Assembly (NCBI RefSeq): GCF_964194025.1
Contig: NC_134480.1
Location: forward strand, 37,014,001 to 37,078,000
Direction of reading: 5' to 3'
From: Convolutriloba macropyga
Taxonomy: Eukaryota
DNA length: 64,000 nucleotides
Position numbers and translations under genes: made by a program. The notes below the pieces were generated by a model. That model was not told where the DNA came from. It saw only the letters and a program-made list of their open reading frames with translations, and did no database searches. Numbering within the stretch: the first letter of the stretch is position 1; every line of letters starts with the position of its first letter. Below are positions 40,901-55,900 of this stretch, piece after piece.

Positions 40901-43900
40901 CTGTGACCTCTACATGCGGACAATACGGACTTTCTTCCCAACTCCTTCAAAGTGCCACTACATTTTCAACTTACGAGACATCGCTAGACTCATGCAGGTT
41001 AGTAAGTTTTTTCACAATTTGCGATTTATGAAAGGAATTTACTGATTTTTTGTTTGAAACACAAAGTTTGAAAATGCCACATCTCTGCAGTGCAAAATTT
41101 TAGAATTCCAGATCGTCTGATATAGAGTACCAGGTTTTAAAACTACCGGCATTTTGAAACTTGCGCCTAAGCGAGCAAAATTTACTTCAAGCAAGGTTAA
41201 GTGACTTGCTAAAGTCTCTTCAAAATTCATGCTATCTCAACTACGCAGTTCTCGATTAATGCCAGAAGTTTGCAATGACTTCATCGGAGTCACGTAACTT
41301 ATACAAGAAGGGCGTTGAGAAGTGCTGGAAAGGTTTTCAATCCGTTAATAAACAGGAACATGATCAGAGCAGATAGGAAAGGGTGTAATCCCTGTCTCTG
41401 ATCAGACCATTCCCGAACAAATCTTCTTCTGATCAGATTCAATTCAACCCCCCCCCCCCCCTGTGCACTCAGAGATTGTGTGCTCAAAGATCCCTTTGGT
41501 TTGGGAACCCGAACCCTAGAAACCTTTTTAACTCAATCATGGGATGTTTTTGTCAATGAATTAAGGGTTACATTTCAGGGTTTCCTGATGTTCAAATGTG
41601 ACGCAGTGAAAGACGTGAGTGGTCAGAATGAGGCCAACTACAGACTGATCAGACTGTGGATCCACGAAGTGTACAGAGTCTTCTTTGACCGATTGGTAGA
41701 CGACTCAGACAGAGTCAAAGCATTCGACATTGTCAATGTGAGCCACTCGTGAACGACATTCTCGTTCATTTTTTGCCACTGCCACTTTTTGTCCTGCTAG
41801 CAAAATTTTTCAACTGTTACTATTATCAACTGTTTGAATATCGACAAATCAATACTTGTTTTTGCCCGGACGACAGTTTGTGAAAACAATCTAAAATTAG
41901 CTATTATAGATAGTCAGAATAAAACGGGGGGGGGGGTGGATTATCCTATAATGATGGTCGGAATCAATTCTTGCAAGAATCTTGCGACATAATTCAGAAA
42001 CTTGTAAAATTCCCACTGCAAAATATCCATTATTAAAAATGAACTAAGTGTTCATTGAATGATAAAAATGAAAAAGTGTTCTAATTCTCCCAGCAGTTTG
42101 TGTGGACTTTTAACGTAATATCACTGCAGGTTTCATACACCTCTAATTGATAAGAAAAAATCCGAAAAATATTCAAAAAAGTCTTACAAGATTGTTAATT
42201 TTGTATGGGCAATAGCTGTGTCATTTTGCGGTTAAGGGTAATGTTATTATAAAATGAACTATTTGCAACCTTTTGCAGGTTGTCGTTCGCACACACTTCA
42301 AAGAACGACTGAACAACGTGCTCTCGCACCTTTTGACCTCTAAGGACTGTCAAGAGACGGACCTGCGTGGTCTGTTCTTCGGGGACTTCTTGTCTGTCAA
42401 AGAGGGACAGGGGAGGTCGTATTCTGAGATTACTGATATTGCCAAACTACACGAGGTTTGAATCCATTTGTTAAAGACATAAATGGGTGGAGAAATGGAC
42501 GTTGCCTGGGCTATATCAGTACTGAGGAGGTCTAATAGCAATTCTAAGTATTAGATTTAGAAATATCTTTGATTAGATAATAGACAGGTTATTCTGGGTC
42601 ATTATTTGGGGGTTACAATGGGTTATTATATGTTATTATGGATAATAGACTAGGAATTAAATTCAGAAATAACATCATGTTGCTTTTTACAGTTACAAGT
42701 TCTGTGCATAAGTATGGGCCGAGACTTTGCAAATCTAAATGCAGGTGGATATCTAAATCCAGGTGCAAATCTAAATCCAGGTGGATTTACGGAAGAGGGT
42801 GGGGATTAGCGTTAGGGTTAGGGCTATAACGGGAACGGCCCTTTTGAAAATTACCATCACAAATCAAATTTGAACTGTTTCTTTTCCATCGTTAACAAAC
42901 TTTCCTGTCCATCAGTTTGTACGCTAAGCGCTTAGGAATTTTCTTATGCAAATCAGCTGACTATGTTGTTTGCTTTTCCAGGCGATGGAGGTGTTCTTGG
43001 AAGAGTACAACATGAACAGCAAAGCTCCTATGGACTTGGTGATGTTTAACTTCGCCATAGAGCACATTAGTCGCATTGTGAGAGTACTCAAACAGCCAAA
43101 AGGGCATCTCTTACTCATTGGTATGTATCATCAGATGTGTAAAATAAAACACAAAATTGTATTGAAGCCATTGTCGAAACTGCTGTAGAAATTGGCTCCT
43201 AACTGGTATAGGTTACAGCGATTGCCTGTTGTATATTTCAAGTTTTTTATTTTTTTTATAATGTTTTCTTGAAAATGCATTTATGCCAGGGCAAAAAAGA
43301 TGTTTTGAGCTCTCTCTAGTTATGCTTTTCGTTTCATGCTTTCAGGTTTCTTAGTGAATGCTGACCTTAGTCAAATTGGGACGGTTACCTGCTAAGATCT
43401 CGCAAGACTCTTGCAGGACTCTTGTATGATTATGCGTCATCTTGTAAGGGCTCTTACAATACTCTTACCAGATAACCGTTAATCTTGCAAGATTCTTAGA
43501 AGATAACCGTTGTTCTTATAAGATTCTTACCAGAGAACCGTCGACTATGTAAGACTCTTGCCAGGCATCCGTCGCTCCAGAAAGGTTCCAGACAGAAAAC
43601 CAACGCTCTTGCAAGACCAACATAGCTATAAAAAGCTTTCTAAAATGTGAAAAATGACCCCCAAATTTACATAAAAACGCCCATAAGGAACTTGAACAAC
43701 AAATAACACATAAAAAATTGTCTCGGCAAGCAAGGTTTGTGAGCTCGTAACTATGTGTACAAATTAGAATCCTATAAATCGATTTCGATATTTTTTATAG
43801 GTTTTCTAAAAAGGTACCAGTTTTTTCTTACCAAAATCTGAGACAAAACCATACATCACCATTCATCATAAAGAAGCTTAAACAACAATAAAGTATATCA

Positions 43901-46900
43901 CTTTGATTGAATGGGTCGCAAGAAAGGAAGGGGCAGCGAAACGAAGAAATATATTTTAAAACAGTTTTGGCGACTTCGAATAAAAAACTACAACTTTTTT
44001 TTTCAAAACCGACAACAATAAAAAATACCGTACTCTCACAACTTAATGGGTACTAGTAGTGTAGTATGACCGTATGTTCGCTTCAAAAGAACTCCCTGAC
44101 CCGATTTAAAAAAATTATTTTTTGAAACAGATTTTGCTATTTCGAGAAAAAAACCGTAATTTCTAACAACTTTTATCAAGACTATTTGCGCTAAAAATAC
44201 TGACGTCTGACAACCTTATGGGGACCACTAGTCTAGTACCACCGTATGATTCGTTCTAAACAACTCCTTGACCAGATTGAAAACAACTATTTTTTAAAAC
44301 CCATTTGGCGATATCGAGAAAAAAACTTAATACTTTTTTCAAGACCATCAAGGCTAACAATTACCAACGTCTGACAACCTAATGGGTACTAGTTGTCTAG
44401 TATAACCGTGTGGTCGCTTCATTACAACGCCTTGACCCGATTAAAAACAATTTTTTGAAACAGTTTTTTCGACTCCGAGAAAAAAACCGAGAAAATAGCA
44501 TACAACTTTTTTTCAAGACCAACAACGTTAAAAATTACTAACGTCTGACAACCTAATGGGTACCAGTAGTCTAGTACCACCGTATGATCCCTTCAAATCA
44601 ACTCCTTGACCCGATTAAGAAAAATTATTTTTTAGTTAAATTTTTGCGTTTTCGGGAAAAAACCGTAACCTCTTACAACTATTTTCAAGACCAACAAGGC
44701 TAAAAACTACCATACTCTTTCAAATTAATGGGTACCAGTACTCTAACCATACAGTATGATCGCTATAAATTAACTCCATGACACGATTGAATGGACATTT
44801 TGCTATTCAATTGACTTTTCTGTGCACAGATGCAGTTTTTGTTCTTAAATTTGGAGGGTAACAAATGATACAAATAAAAAGAGTGACGCGATACCTGATT
44901 CTTGACAACAAAACACCGAGGGATAAATTGTGTGATGGTTAGAAAATTCAATCAGTTGGAAAAATTTGATTGTCAGTAGTATTGAACAGATCAAAAAATG
45001 CTTTCTACATAATATTTTATTTGATAGACGCAATTCCGCAGTATGTGTGTATCGTTGAGTACTTTGACGTCGCACAAGATGGCATGGGAAACTGTTTTTT
45101 TAGAAATATAGTTTGCAAGTAGTCCAAATTCCTATTTCAGCTAACGTATTTGATGGCACCAGTCGGAATAGATCCACGTTACCCCAAAAAGCAAAGATCT
45201 CTAGCTATTTTTTGCGGGCTGTCATGAAGTCACATCTGTTTGTTTGGTAAGTATATCAACAAAAATTGTGTGTACGGTGCCCACAAATGTTGTATGTTGT
45301 GTTAATGGGCTGTGCAGGTAGCAAAATGCAAATTCTTTGTTTGATTCGTTGAAATACAACTGAAAGTCCTATTTGTACTAATACAGCAAAAAGTCAGTCC
45401 ATAGTTATCTATTTGAAGTCCCCTATTTGTGCCACTGGTCTACTGCAAACACTACTTTTTATTTTAAACCATAAATATATCCGTTTTATTGGGTTGTCAA
45501 CGCATTTCTGATGTATTTTGCTTCTCAATAGATTTTGGTGCAATGTTGCTATTTTTGTGTTTATTTATGTGACAACTGATACAAAAGATAAGAAGCCAGG
45601 CGATGCATATTTAACGACAACAAAATATGGCCGCAAATTTTTTAAATTGAGCGGCAGAAAAATTTTGAATGTTGGTTTTGCTGACAAACATCAATACTTT
45701 TTATGTAGCTCAATCTGTGTTTTAAATTTTTCGCGGTGAAACCTTTCTTTCTGTTGTGTTTTCCTATAGGGTGGAAAACACAACCTTTTTTGGGTGCTTC
45801 AACCAAGAAAGATGAAACGGCCATCTGTTAAGGATCTTGTAAATGTCTTACCAGAGAACCGTTAACCGTTGCAATCTTGCGTCTTAGCAGATAACCGTTA
45901 TTTGCAAGACTCTTACAACATCTTAGCAGATAACCGTTTTTCGCAAGAATCTTGCAAGATCTTAGTAGATAACCGTCCCAGTTCCTCTAGGGGAGTTTCA
46001 ACGTTTCAGTTGGACTAACAGGCGATAAGGTTTCAGCAACCATTCAGTTTTGTGCTCTGGATACATTTTGTCAGTTATAAATTATCATTTTGTTAAGTAC
46101 CAATGGAAAAAGTGTTTGATTTTGTTCCAACACCCAACCAAATTACGGTAGGGGACATTATACCAACCTTTTTGCCTATTTTGGTTAATTGATATGTTTT
46201 GCGTCGTTTCATAAAAAGTTCTTAAGAGCTGAATCGGTTGTTGCTGAGGTTGTATCAAGTTTTTGGTTTCACGGAGGAAAATTGAGGCCCCAAGTTGTAT
46301 GAAGTTTTCACATTTTTGACGTTTTCAAGCTTTGTATGTACTTTTTATTATGTGCAAACCCACATTACCATTTTTTGTAAGATTTGTTTGTGACAAAACC
46401 CTATAAAACTCTTTGATCTATTTTGCTACCCCAATTGCACTTAGATACAGGGCTAAGTGTTTTCTCATCGACTGAATTTACTAACCCCTACCTAATGTTA
46501 TTATAACCACACGAATTATTTTTAATAAAGTGCCGACAAGAAAACTACCACATGTTGGTATATTTAAAATTAATCGGTAATTTTCCCACTTTTCCTGAAA
46601 AATAATAAATGTGTTTGCAGGTATCGGAGGTAGTGGTCGATCAAGTGCCACTAGACTGGCAACCTACATGGCAATGCATACTCTGTATGACATCAAGATC
46701 AGTCAGAACTATGGCATCTCAGATTGGAGAGAGGACTTGAGAAAAGTACTGAAGATAGCGGGCGAACAGGGCAACAGTGTCGTACTACTCTTCGGAGACC
46801 ACCAGATCAAGGTCAGAAAATGTTTTCTCTACTGATGATATCACATTATTGTAGTCAACGTATATATTATTTGTAATACTGAATCGGGCGTTGTTTCCAA

Positions 46901-49900
46901 CCTTACTACCCGCTAAAATGTGACCATTTGATTCTTTGAACCGCTATGATCGAGTGTTTGAACCGTAATGGCTATAGTCTCTGCATTTTTCAGCAGTACA
47001 AAACATTATCAGTGCAAAAACATTTATACAGGCTAATAAATGTTAAAGTCCAAATCTCTGCTCAAGGAGGGAAACAGAACGTAGCCCGGAATTAATTCCA
47101 ATTCCCACGCCGTTATTGAAAGTCTGTTCTCGCAATTATGAACAAAATGATGCACTTTTTGCACGGATCAGAGTTTTTATCGCTTTATAGTGGTTGGAAT
47201 AGAAACTATATCGTAGACATGTAAATCCTTTATCATTGATTGCAATTTCCCACCGGGCGAAAAAGAAACAATTTGAGTAATACTTAATCCCGCCTCTTAC
47301 CTTTCTTTATTTTTTGGATTCCAAACATATAAATTAAGACAATATAACCAGATGGTTAAGTATTTACATAGTTTAGAAACGATTATGAGGCTAACTGTGC
47401 ATTCGATGTCAAGCATATCCGATAATGGGAAAATTTTCATTGTTCTGGGAAACGGAAACAAACATACATGGTCAATTTAATCAAATTTAACCAAATGTAA
47501 AAGCTGAAGTTTTGTGTCTTTAAAAGCGGTTTTTACGTCAAACTGGAACCATGTCACAGGTAACGCAAACACTCTTTCAAAAGGCTAACTTTGCACAATA
47601 TGTTACTCTCATTAACAGTCTATTGTGTGTCTTGCATTTTTTGTCTGTTAACCAAAATATAGAGATATATGAATAAATAAACAATCACAAATGACACATT
47701 GTACTGAAAAAGATGTTATTAATGATCTCAATCTATTCAACTGACACGATTTTGATAATAATTCACTGAAACGAAACTTGATACATTTTGCAAAAGCTTG
47801 CTAGATCTTTTTAAATTTCTTATCAAAATTAGAAATGGGTTTTCAAGGATCTTCTAATATTTTACAATAAATCTTGATAAAATATTAAATTTTTGTTATA
47901 AGATTGTAGTAGATACCCAATATCTCGATACATATGCCAAGATCTTGTAATTAAGTTGCTTCACTTACCATGAACTTAACGTTCCAAGAATATGACCAAT
48001 ATGACCTAGAATCAAGATCATGTCAAGATATTTCAAGTTTCGTTTCACTGGATTAGTAATCGCTTTGGGTTCAAAATAAATGACAATCAACGTCAATGTC
48101 TGTTAAGGACCGTAGAGATCAACCTCTTGAGCTGAAATATTTGGACGATGTAAGTTTTATGGAACTCAATTGAATTATAAAATTGGAAGTTTCTCTCTTT
48201 TACAGTACCTCGCGGCACTTCAATACCTAAACGTATATCAACTCATTTCTTGTTACTCTTCTTCAAACTTTGATCGTTCAGCTTGGCTTTGATAGTCTCA
48301 ATTGGGATCATTTATTGTTTATGTCTTCATATTTTGTGCTAGCTTTATATGTTCGCACCTCAATCTTAACATTTAATGTTTTACAGAGGCAGCCACTTAT
48401 ATGTCTTGAAAATAATTTTATTTGCATATCAGTTATTATTTCCATAACGATTTCAAAAAGATCAATTTTATCAACTGTTTGAGTTCTTATATACGAAAAT
48501 AACATTCTGATTTGAGAAAAGTCAAATTTTCACGCTTTATTTGAGCACTAGAAAAAACATTGGCTTAAAATAGTTTCTGGGACTTTTTATTCAACTCTAT
48601 TCATCAATTTTCTATTATTTGACAACAACTGTGAGTTTAATAAGACGGATATTTTTTTCCATAAAAATTTTATGCATGCGATGTATCTGATGTATGCTAT
48701 AAAATTATACATTGCTCTCAAACGAAACTTGTAGCTATTATGTCGCTCCTATGGTTTTGCTCTACCGGTTATTGGTCTGACCCTTTCAACTTTTCGTCCT
48801 CAAAAAGAGAATAAACCTTTAAAGCTCGGGGACATTAAGTGACCAAGCATCTCTTTTGGAGTCTTACGCCGTACTACTCTCTAATCATGCTATTAACCAA
48901 AGCTGTTTCGGAGAGGGAATTTTATGGTGTAAAGTGCGTTTCTCATTTTCCCAAAATTAACATTTTGATCTGCCATCAGTACTCAGCCATCTCTCCTCCC
49001 TCCTCAGTCCACCCCGCTGACTCCACCCAACACTTGTCTCGTCCGTCCACCCTTATCCACGTTGCGATATGGACCCCTCTCGTTCTCGTCCAGCCCTCCC
49101 AACCCTCCCTCATATCGGTAGAGCGATTTGCCCAAAATTGGTCGGTTGTGCTATTTTTACGAATTGGATATTTAAAAACAGATGAAGTTTTTTTCTTAAT
49201 TTAGTGTGATGGTTTTATATTGTGACTATTTTGGGCACGTTCATTGTTTTTTTTTCTGTTTTGAATTTATGTATTAGGGATGTGTCAAACATTCGCATGA
49301 AGAGAAATCCGAGATTCTACGAATAAAATTTGTTTTTGCCGTCTATTCTGTAGATTTTTGACCTACTCTAATTCATCGTATAATAAAAGTTTTTATGAAT
49401 TTCAATCCCAACTTTGAGGCTCCTCAATCCCGGTTCTACGTATCAAATCTAAATTTGAATAAATTAATAGGGTATATAATGAGTGAGGTGAATAGATGTA
49501 AGAATTGCGTTTTTTTAGCGGCGAATATGGTTTAAAAAAATTACTCCGTTGTCAACCTCAAACCATATAAAGTTTCACCGATAAGTTATCGCAAGTCTCT
49601 GTTGAATTTTATAAAACTATGCGAGAATTGAGATGAATGTGGCAAAACTCAATGCTTTCAACCCAAATTTTATTTAAAAAAGTTTTCTAAGAGTAGCAGT
49701 AGTGGTAGCAGTTTTTATGAATAATTTACTATTCACCATTCTTCGCCATAATACTTTGAAAAATTTTACGATGAAACCGCAAACCAGATAATGCAAGAGA
49801 TAGTATCGATACCGTTGATTCATAAACATCGCATATGTCGACTATACGTAGTGGTAAAAACAAAACTCTGCGTTTAAGAATTTTTGTTATTGCATATAAC

Positions 49901-52900
49901 AGTTTGATCCCAGCTCCGAAAACTAATTCTACTCCTATTGTTGTTCCTTCTTTGACGTGGGTTTTACTTCTATCTATGTTTTTTTCTCAAAACTGTGGCG
50001 GATCGGGGGCACCTTTTTAAATAAATTTAGTCTCAAAGAAGTCTTTTTTATAAAATTGATGGCTTAGGTCTCTTAGTTGTCTCATTCTAGAGGGTTTTTG
50101 AAATTGTTTTGGGCTTCTTTGATTTGAACAGAGTTGTTTACAGATTATGTGCTCCCTGGATTAATTGTCTTGATGGTTTTTAGTTGTTACGATGAGCTAC
50201 AAACGTTTTCAGAAAAGCATTTTAGCTGAGAAAATTGGAATCTTTCTAACTGTGACCTAATCAATAAATATGCGTTCTTCTTATTTATGATTTGTCTCGT
50301 AAACTTCCAATGAGGTTCTAGAATTTTTCTTTGGATAGCTTGTCTTCATAAACATGTCCTTTTAATTCAAACTTTGAGTTTCTTTGTTTTGCTTCGCGTT
50401 TGCGGTTGACAAGGGCATCTGCAAACGTTTGTTACCCAGTCTCAGTTAACTAACCAATCTCAATTTAATGTCAGTTGTCGAATTTGTATTGTTTGAAAAA
50501 AAACTCATTCATTCTGATTCTTAATCAGGATTTCCGCTGTCTCAGAATACATTCGAAAACTTGGGCATGTTAGATGGGGGGCATTGGGTTAAATGTAATG
50601 AAACCATTTGTTTGATTTTTGTTTGGATAATATTTTCCTCCCATGACATTTACCTCTGTTCTTTTTCCAGGATCAGTCATTTCTGGAGGACATCAACATT
50701 CTTCTGAACTCTGCAGACATTCCCAACTTGTACGAGAATGAAGACAAACTTGAGATAATTGAAAAGGTACCGAATCTGTTCAAATAAGATTGCAGCCTAT
50801 TAATTAGTTCGGGGTGTAAACAAGGGCAGGTACAAAGGAAGGCTCTAGGAAATAAAAGTCACGACCCCCCCCCCCCCCCCCACTAATTATAGATAAGAAA
50901 AGGCCCCCAAAGAAAAAAATCCATGGGGTTTAATCGTGGTTTTTTCTGAAGCCGACACAATAACGTGATCAAAGTGTAGAATGATTTCACTCAAAGAATC
51001 ACGTGTTCTTGAACTTGTATCCTCCACGATTTTTGACGTCCATTATGAATACTTACTTCTATCACGTGTTGGTGAAGTTGAGTGATGTCGTAAACTTTGA
51101 GCCGAGCAAACGTCTTGTTTGAAGTTGATTGGTCAAGCTCAATTTAATGACGTCATTTGAGTGGAGCAATAGTAATTCACAAGCCAAACTTGGTACACCT
51201 TGGCATATCATGTAAGATATTGATAATAGTGATAAAATTGAAGCACTTTCCGAAATCTGCATCAACTTCTTGGAATTTCTTGGTAAGATCTGACAATAAG
51301 ATATTGTCACTATATATCAGGAAAAAGGGATCCATTCTGTTTCGGCCCCACCAGCGTTTTTCATGGACCCCACTTAAAAATTGTGAATCGGTAAATAGCA
51401 CGTTGCAATGTCAAAAAATAGCATGTGCACCTGGGGGTGGGGGCTATGTTATGTACCCACTAAACTCTGGGGGGGGGGGGGGGCAGAATAGATGCCAAAA
51501 ATCTTGGCTTATCTTGCCAAGATATTGATGAATCTTGTTACAAATCTAATCCGGGGACTTATTTAAGTTCATTTCTGTCTGCAGATGCAACAACAAGCTC
51601 TGGCGGAGAAGCAGAAGATAGAGATGACCCCTTTGAACATGTACAACAAGTTTCTGGAGAGAGTGAGGATCAACCTACACATTGTGTTGACCTTCAGTCC
51701 CATTGGGGAGGCATTCAGAAATAGACTGAGAATGGTCCCCTCTCTTATTTCATGTTGCACTATTGATTGGTTCCAAGTAAGTCACTCGTTTCTATTAGAA
51801 CCAACAGAAGCATATTTCACTTCTTTAATTAAAATTTTCAATTTTTCCTACTTTTACGAGACAAGAAAACGAAATTTTCATTTCTCTCTTTAAGATGGAA
51901 ATAAAGCAGATTTGTACAAATGTTGACATATAGACCTCGATTCTACTGCTAAAAAGCCTCAGCCTCGGATTATCCATAGGTAATCGTGATGAGGGGGGGG
52001 GGTACGAAAGGGGAGAAAGGGGGAGGGGTGCGGTCATATTACAGATTGTTCTTGATCAAATTAAAAATACAATAAGTTTACTTTTTAAAACGACTGGATT
52101 CCATCTGCGGTCATATTAATGAATGTTATTGCTTAAATTAAATATTCACGAAATTTAGTTTTTAAAACAGCTGGATTTCATCGAGCTTTTTCTTGGAATC
52201 GAGGCCTATTTTTACTACAGTGAGAGTTAAATTTTAAATGTTGACATGGATTATGAGCTGTGTGATAAAAACAGGAGGTAACACTACTAGCCATGACAGT
52301 TATTAGATAGCATTGCAAACATCTGAAATCTATCAATTATCATGGTTAGTCCAATGCTATCGGAGCTTAAAAATCTGCACTTGAACTAATCAGGTAACAA
52401 ATCAGTTTATCAGTTTCATCCGTGGCACAGTTATTTTTTCTGAAAACTTGAATAATTCATTTTCTTTTTAATAATTGAGTTTTTTTAGCGGGATGAAAAA
52501 ACCAAAACTTCATTTAGCGTGCCTTGTGGTTCTATATTTCTTGCCTAAGCGATAAGTCAAAACATATTCACATCAAATCCTAAAAACTGTCGGAGCTTAG
52601 CAGCTACTCATATGAGCATTGCTCTAGAAAAATAGTAATCAGATTGCTGTGAAGACATCAAAAAATATATGTAGCATCAAAATGGAACTAAAACAGCTCA
52701 ACGATAGACTAAATGTTAACGTTGACAAAAAATGCGTGTTCAAAAAAGTGTAACAAATCTAACAACTTTTTCCACATTGTGTCAATTAACCAAATTCAAT
52801 CTATGGTAATAAATCAGCAAATCCTTTGGTGCCGGCCAAAGAAGAAAATGCAACGAAAAGTTGAAGGCTTTGCTTTGTTCAATAACTGGCATTTCACATT

Positions 52901-55900
52901 TTCTTATCACAAGGAAAAGTTTTTCCGCAAGCTCATATCCCATTGGCGATTAATTCAGAAGAGCTATTTGGCAAGCTCAGACAAAAAATAATGTGAAAAT
53001 TTTCTTAAGGACTAATTTCACAAAAATCTTTAAGGTCTTTTCCATTTTCTATTGTAGGTTTCCTTCTGAATTTGTTTTTTTTTCAGAACGTTTTAGAAGT
53101 CAGATATCTTTCACTGTAAATGTAGTTGAAGCTACAATATATGAGAAAAAATACTTTTAACTATCTGCTTTTTCCATAAAGTTGCAAGTTCATTAATGTG
53201 ACCATTCTTTGGCGATGAAATTGAAGATAGTGCCATTACCAGACTGTTTTTTGTGTTAATAAAAGCTCACCTAATCATTACTATGAAATGGTGTGACTAC
53301 ACTAAAGCCGGGGGCAAATCTGTCCTCGATGTAAGTGGTTTCCTATGACCATCTTAAAACATGAAAAAAGTCTGATTTCTACAACGTCATGTGGTCAAAA
53401 GTCTGAAATTTAATACTTTCAAGTCCTACTAGAGGCTGTTCTAGGATATTTTTGAGGCAACCGTATTACAATGTTTTGTGGTTTTCTTAAATAACCCAAA
53501 AATTGGCTGTTGTTGAATACGCTACGATCTTGAAAACTCGTCTGGCAAAATGATGATTTGAAATCGCAGCAGTACGCTTTTGAAATGTTTTCACTGCATG
53601 AAAGTTTTTGACTAATCAAAATTCTCTTTCTCAATTTACTGCGCTTTACGCCAGTTTGATGCTCTACGCCTGAAGTTAAGCTGGTTTTGCACCTATTCTT
53701 TTTTGTTATTGATTCTATCTAATCTAATAACTCTCGGCAAATCTTAATTCAGAAAAAATCTGATTAAATATCTAGAAATTTCATTAGCGGTGAATCAAAT
53801 TGTTGCTACCAAAACGAAAGAGGGAGTTTTTGTCTGAAAACAAGGCTTTTTGGCCGCAATTATTAATTGAAATATTAGATTATAGGAGAACCTTGTTTGA
53901 GTACTTTTAATCAATGCTGGTTTCATCTTTCTTAGCACCAATGATTCTTTCTCCACCAAGTATTTGTTGAGGAGTGCTGAATCTTTGAGATACTTGAGTT
54001 AAATAATAAAAATTTTTGTGATCAGTTTAGTTGATTTAAAAATACGATTAATGGTTTTTTAATGTTTTTGGAGCTGGAAGAAAAGGGTACAGAAAAAAGA
54101 TTACTCAATTGCTTCCTCTGTTTTCTCAACTCAAAAACTTATGTGAACGCATTAGCTTCTCAGTTTTCTGACTTCGGCTACAGACACACATAAGAATAAC
54201 CCGAATTGCCTTTCTCATAAGAAGTGAACTTAAATAACAGTTTTATCTTGAACTCAAATGGTGGACTCTCAACATTTCGTATTTCTGGTGAATTAGTCTT
54301 TTTGGTAAAAAGTTTGATGAATTATAATGAATGTCTTAGGTTTAGTTTCTCGAAGTCACCGAAGTGAATTTAGTTTTCAAATAATTTGAGTCTCGTTTTT
54401 TTGCAAAAATTGAAAAATAATCACGTTTCTCTACTTTCAATGCAGAGCGCTCATTTGGAAATTAATAAATAATTTCTCTATTTTTGTATGCTTATTCCAT
54501 TTTTGTTTGCTAATTCAACCGATTTGTATACAGAGCTCATGCCTGACTTGCTTTCGACGCGTTTTCATAGTTAGCTTTCTAAAAAATATAGCGGTTAGTA
54601 GAGTCAATTGCTGCCTTTATAGTAATTCTTTCAGATCGTGTTGTTCATTTTCCGGGCAATTGATTATAACTTTCAAATAGGAAAAACTTAACTTTTTTGT
54701 TATCCAAAGGTTCTTTTTCAATTTTTAGGGCTCTCGAATAAAAGTAACGTGTTAATCATACTTTGTTTACTGTTGTTTAGCTGGTAAGATGTGTGATGTT
54801 GTGCTGTTTGCAATTGTGATCACGAGTGCGGCATAACTTTTGTCATAACTAATACATCCCCTAAATAATCCACACCACTGTCCGAACCCACACACTCAAT
54901 TATTGTCACGAATTCGATTGCTACTTCAATAAGTTTTTACTCCCTTCAGTTCATTAACCCATTACATCCTACCCCAAAAAACCTCAATTCTTCTACAAGT
55001 AAGACAAAAAGTTGTACCTATTTCATATGAACCTATATAATTTCTAGTTATTTTTCGCAGGAAATATTATAACCAAATTTCCTCGATTTTTACAGTCGGA
55101 TATTTACGTAGAGGTAAATGTTGTGATTTTGAGATGCAAATTATACAGCTAGATGTGAAAAGATCTCGCAAGATAAACTTTGCGCCTCAACTAGGGTAGG
55201 TACAACAATGAGGGGGGGGGGGGGGGGGTAGGAACAAAGGCCAGAGCATGGAAATTAGTCTCGTCATGTGGCAAGGTGTGGCAATATAGACTTATCTGTA
55301 AGCAAAGTCTGGAAAACCTCAGCTTGGGAATATGAGATGAGTTGAAATTAATGTATTGCCATATATCAGGACTTCGTGACGTCATACGGCCATGAGGTGT
55401 TTGAAAGCGAGATAGGCCTGAGAAAAATGGCTGTTATTCCTCTCGACTTTTCGAATTCACTAACCTCGTCTGAACAAAACGCCGCCTACACTTATTTCAA
55501 CCCCATCAAAGATTCCCAAAGTGCTTTGGGTTGTTCTTGGACTAACTCGTATCCCGCCTGGGGCAGTGGGGTTAATAACATTACTAACCACACTGGTTAT
55601 AACTGTATTGGAGGAGCTATGGTTACTTATTGGCCCAAATGGTGTGAAGAAGTGAGAAAACGTCAAGAGGAAGAAGCTCGGGATAATTACGTAATAAAAA
55701 TACAAGACCCAGTTAAACTAACCTTGACTTATCTTGATCAGATCTTGAAACAATTCTTGTTATTAAAAGGGCACTGTATCTATAAAAATTGTAAGATGTG
55801 CTTCAAGACTTTAGATTTTTACCCAGATCTTATCTTGACATAAAGACATGCTATGAAAGCTTAGCTTAAAACGATCATGATCAATCCTTATTAATTTTGT

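Noticed and set aside
42806-42826. Telomeric TTAGGG repeat
   Set aside because: Only 2-3 imperfect units; not an array.
43950-44790. CRISPR-like regular repeats
   Set aside because: The whole ~170-bp unit is repeated with no unique spacers, there are no cas genes, and the context is a eukaryotic intron.
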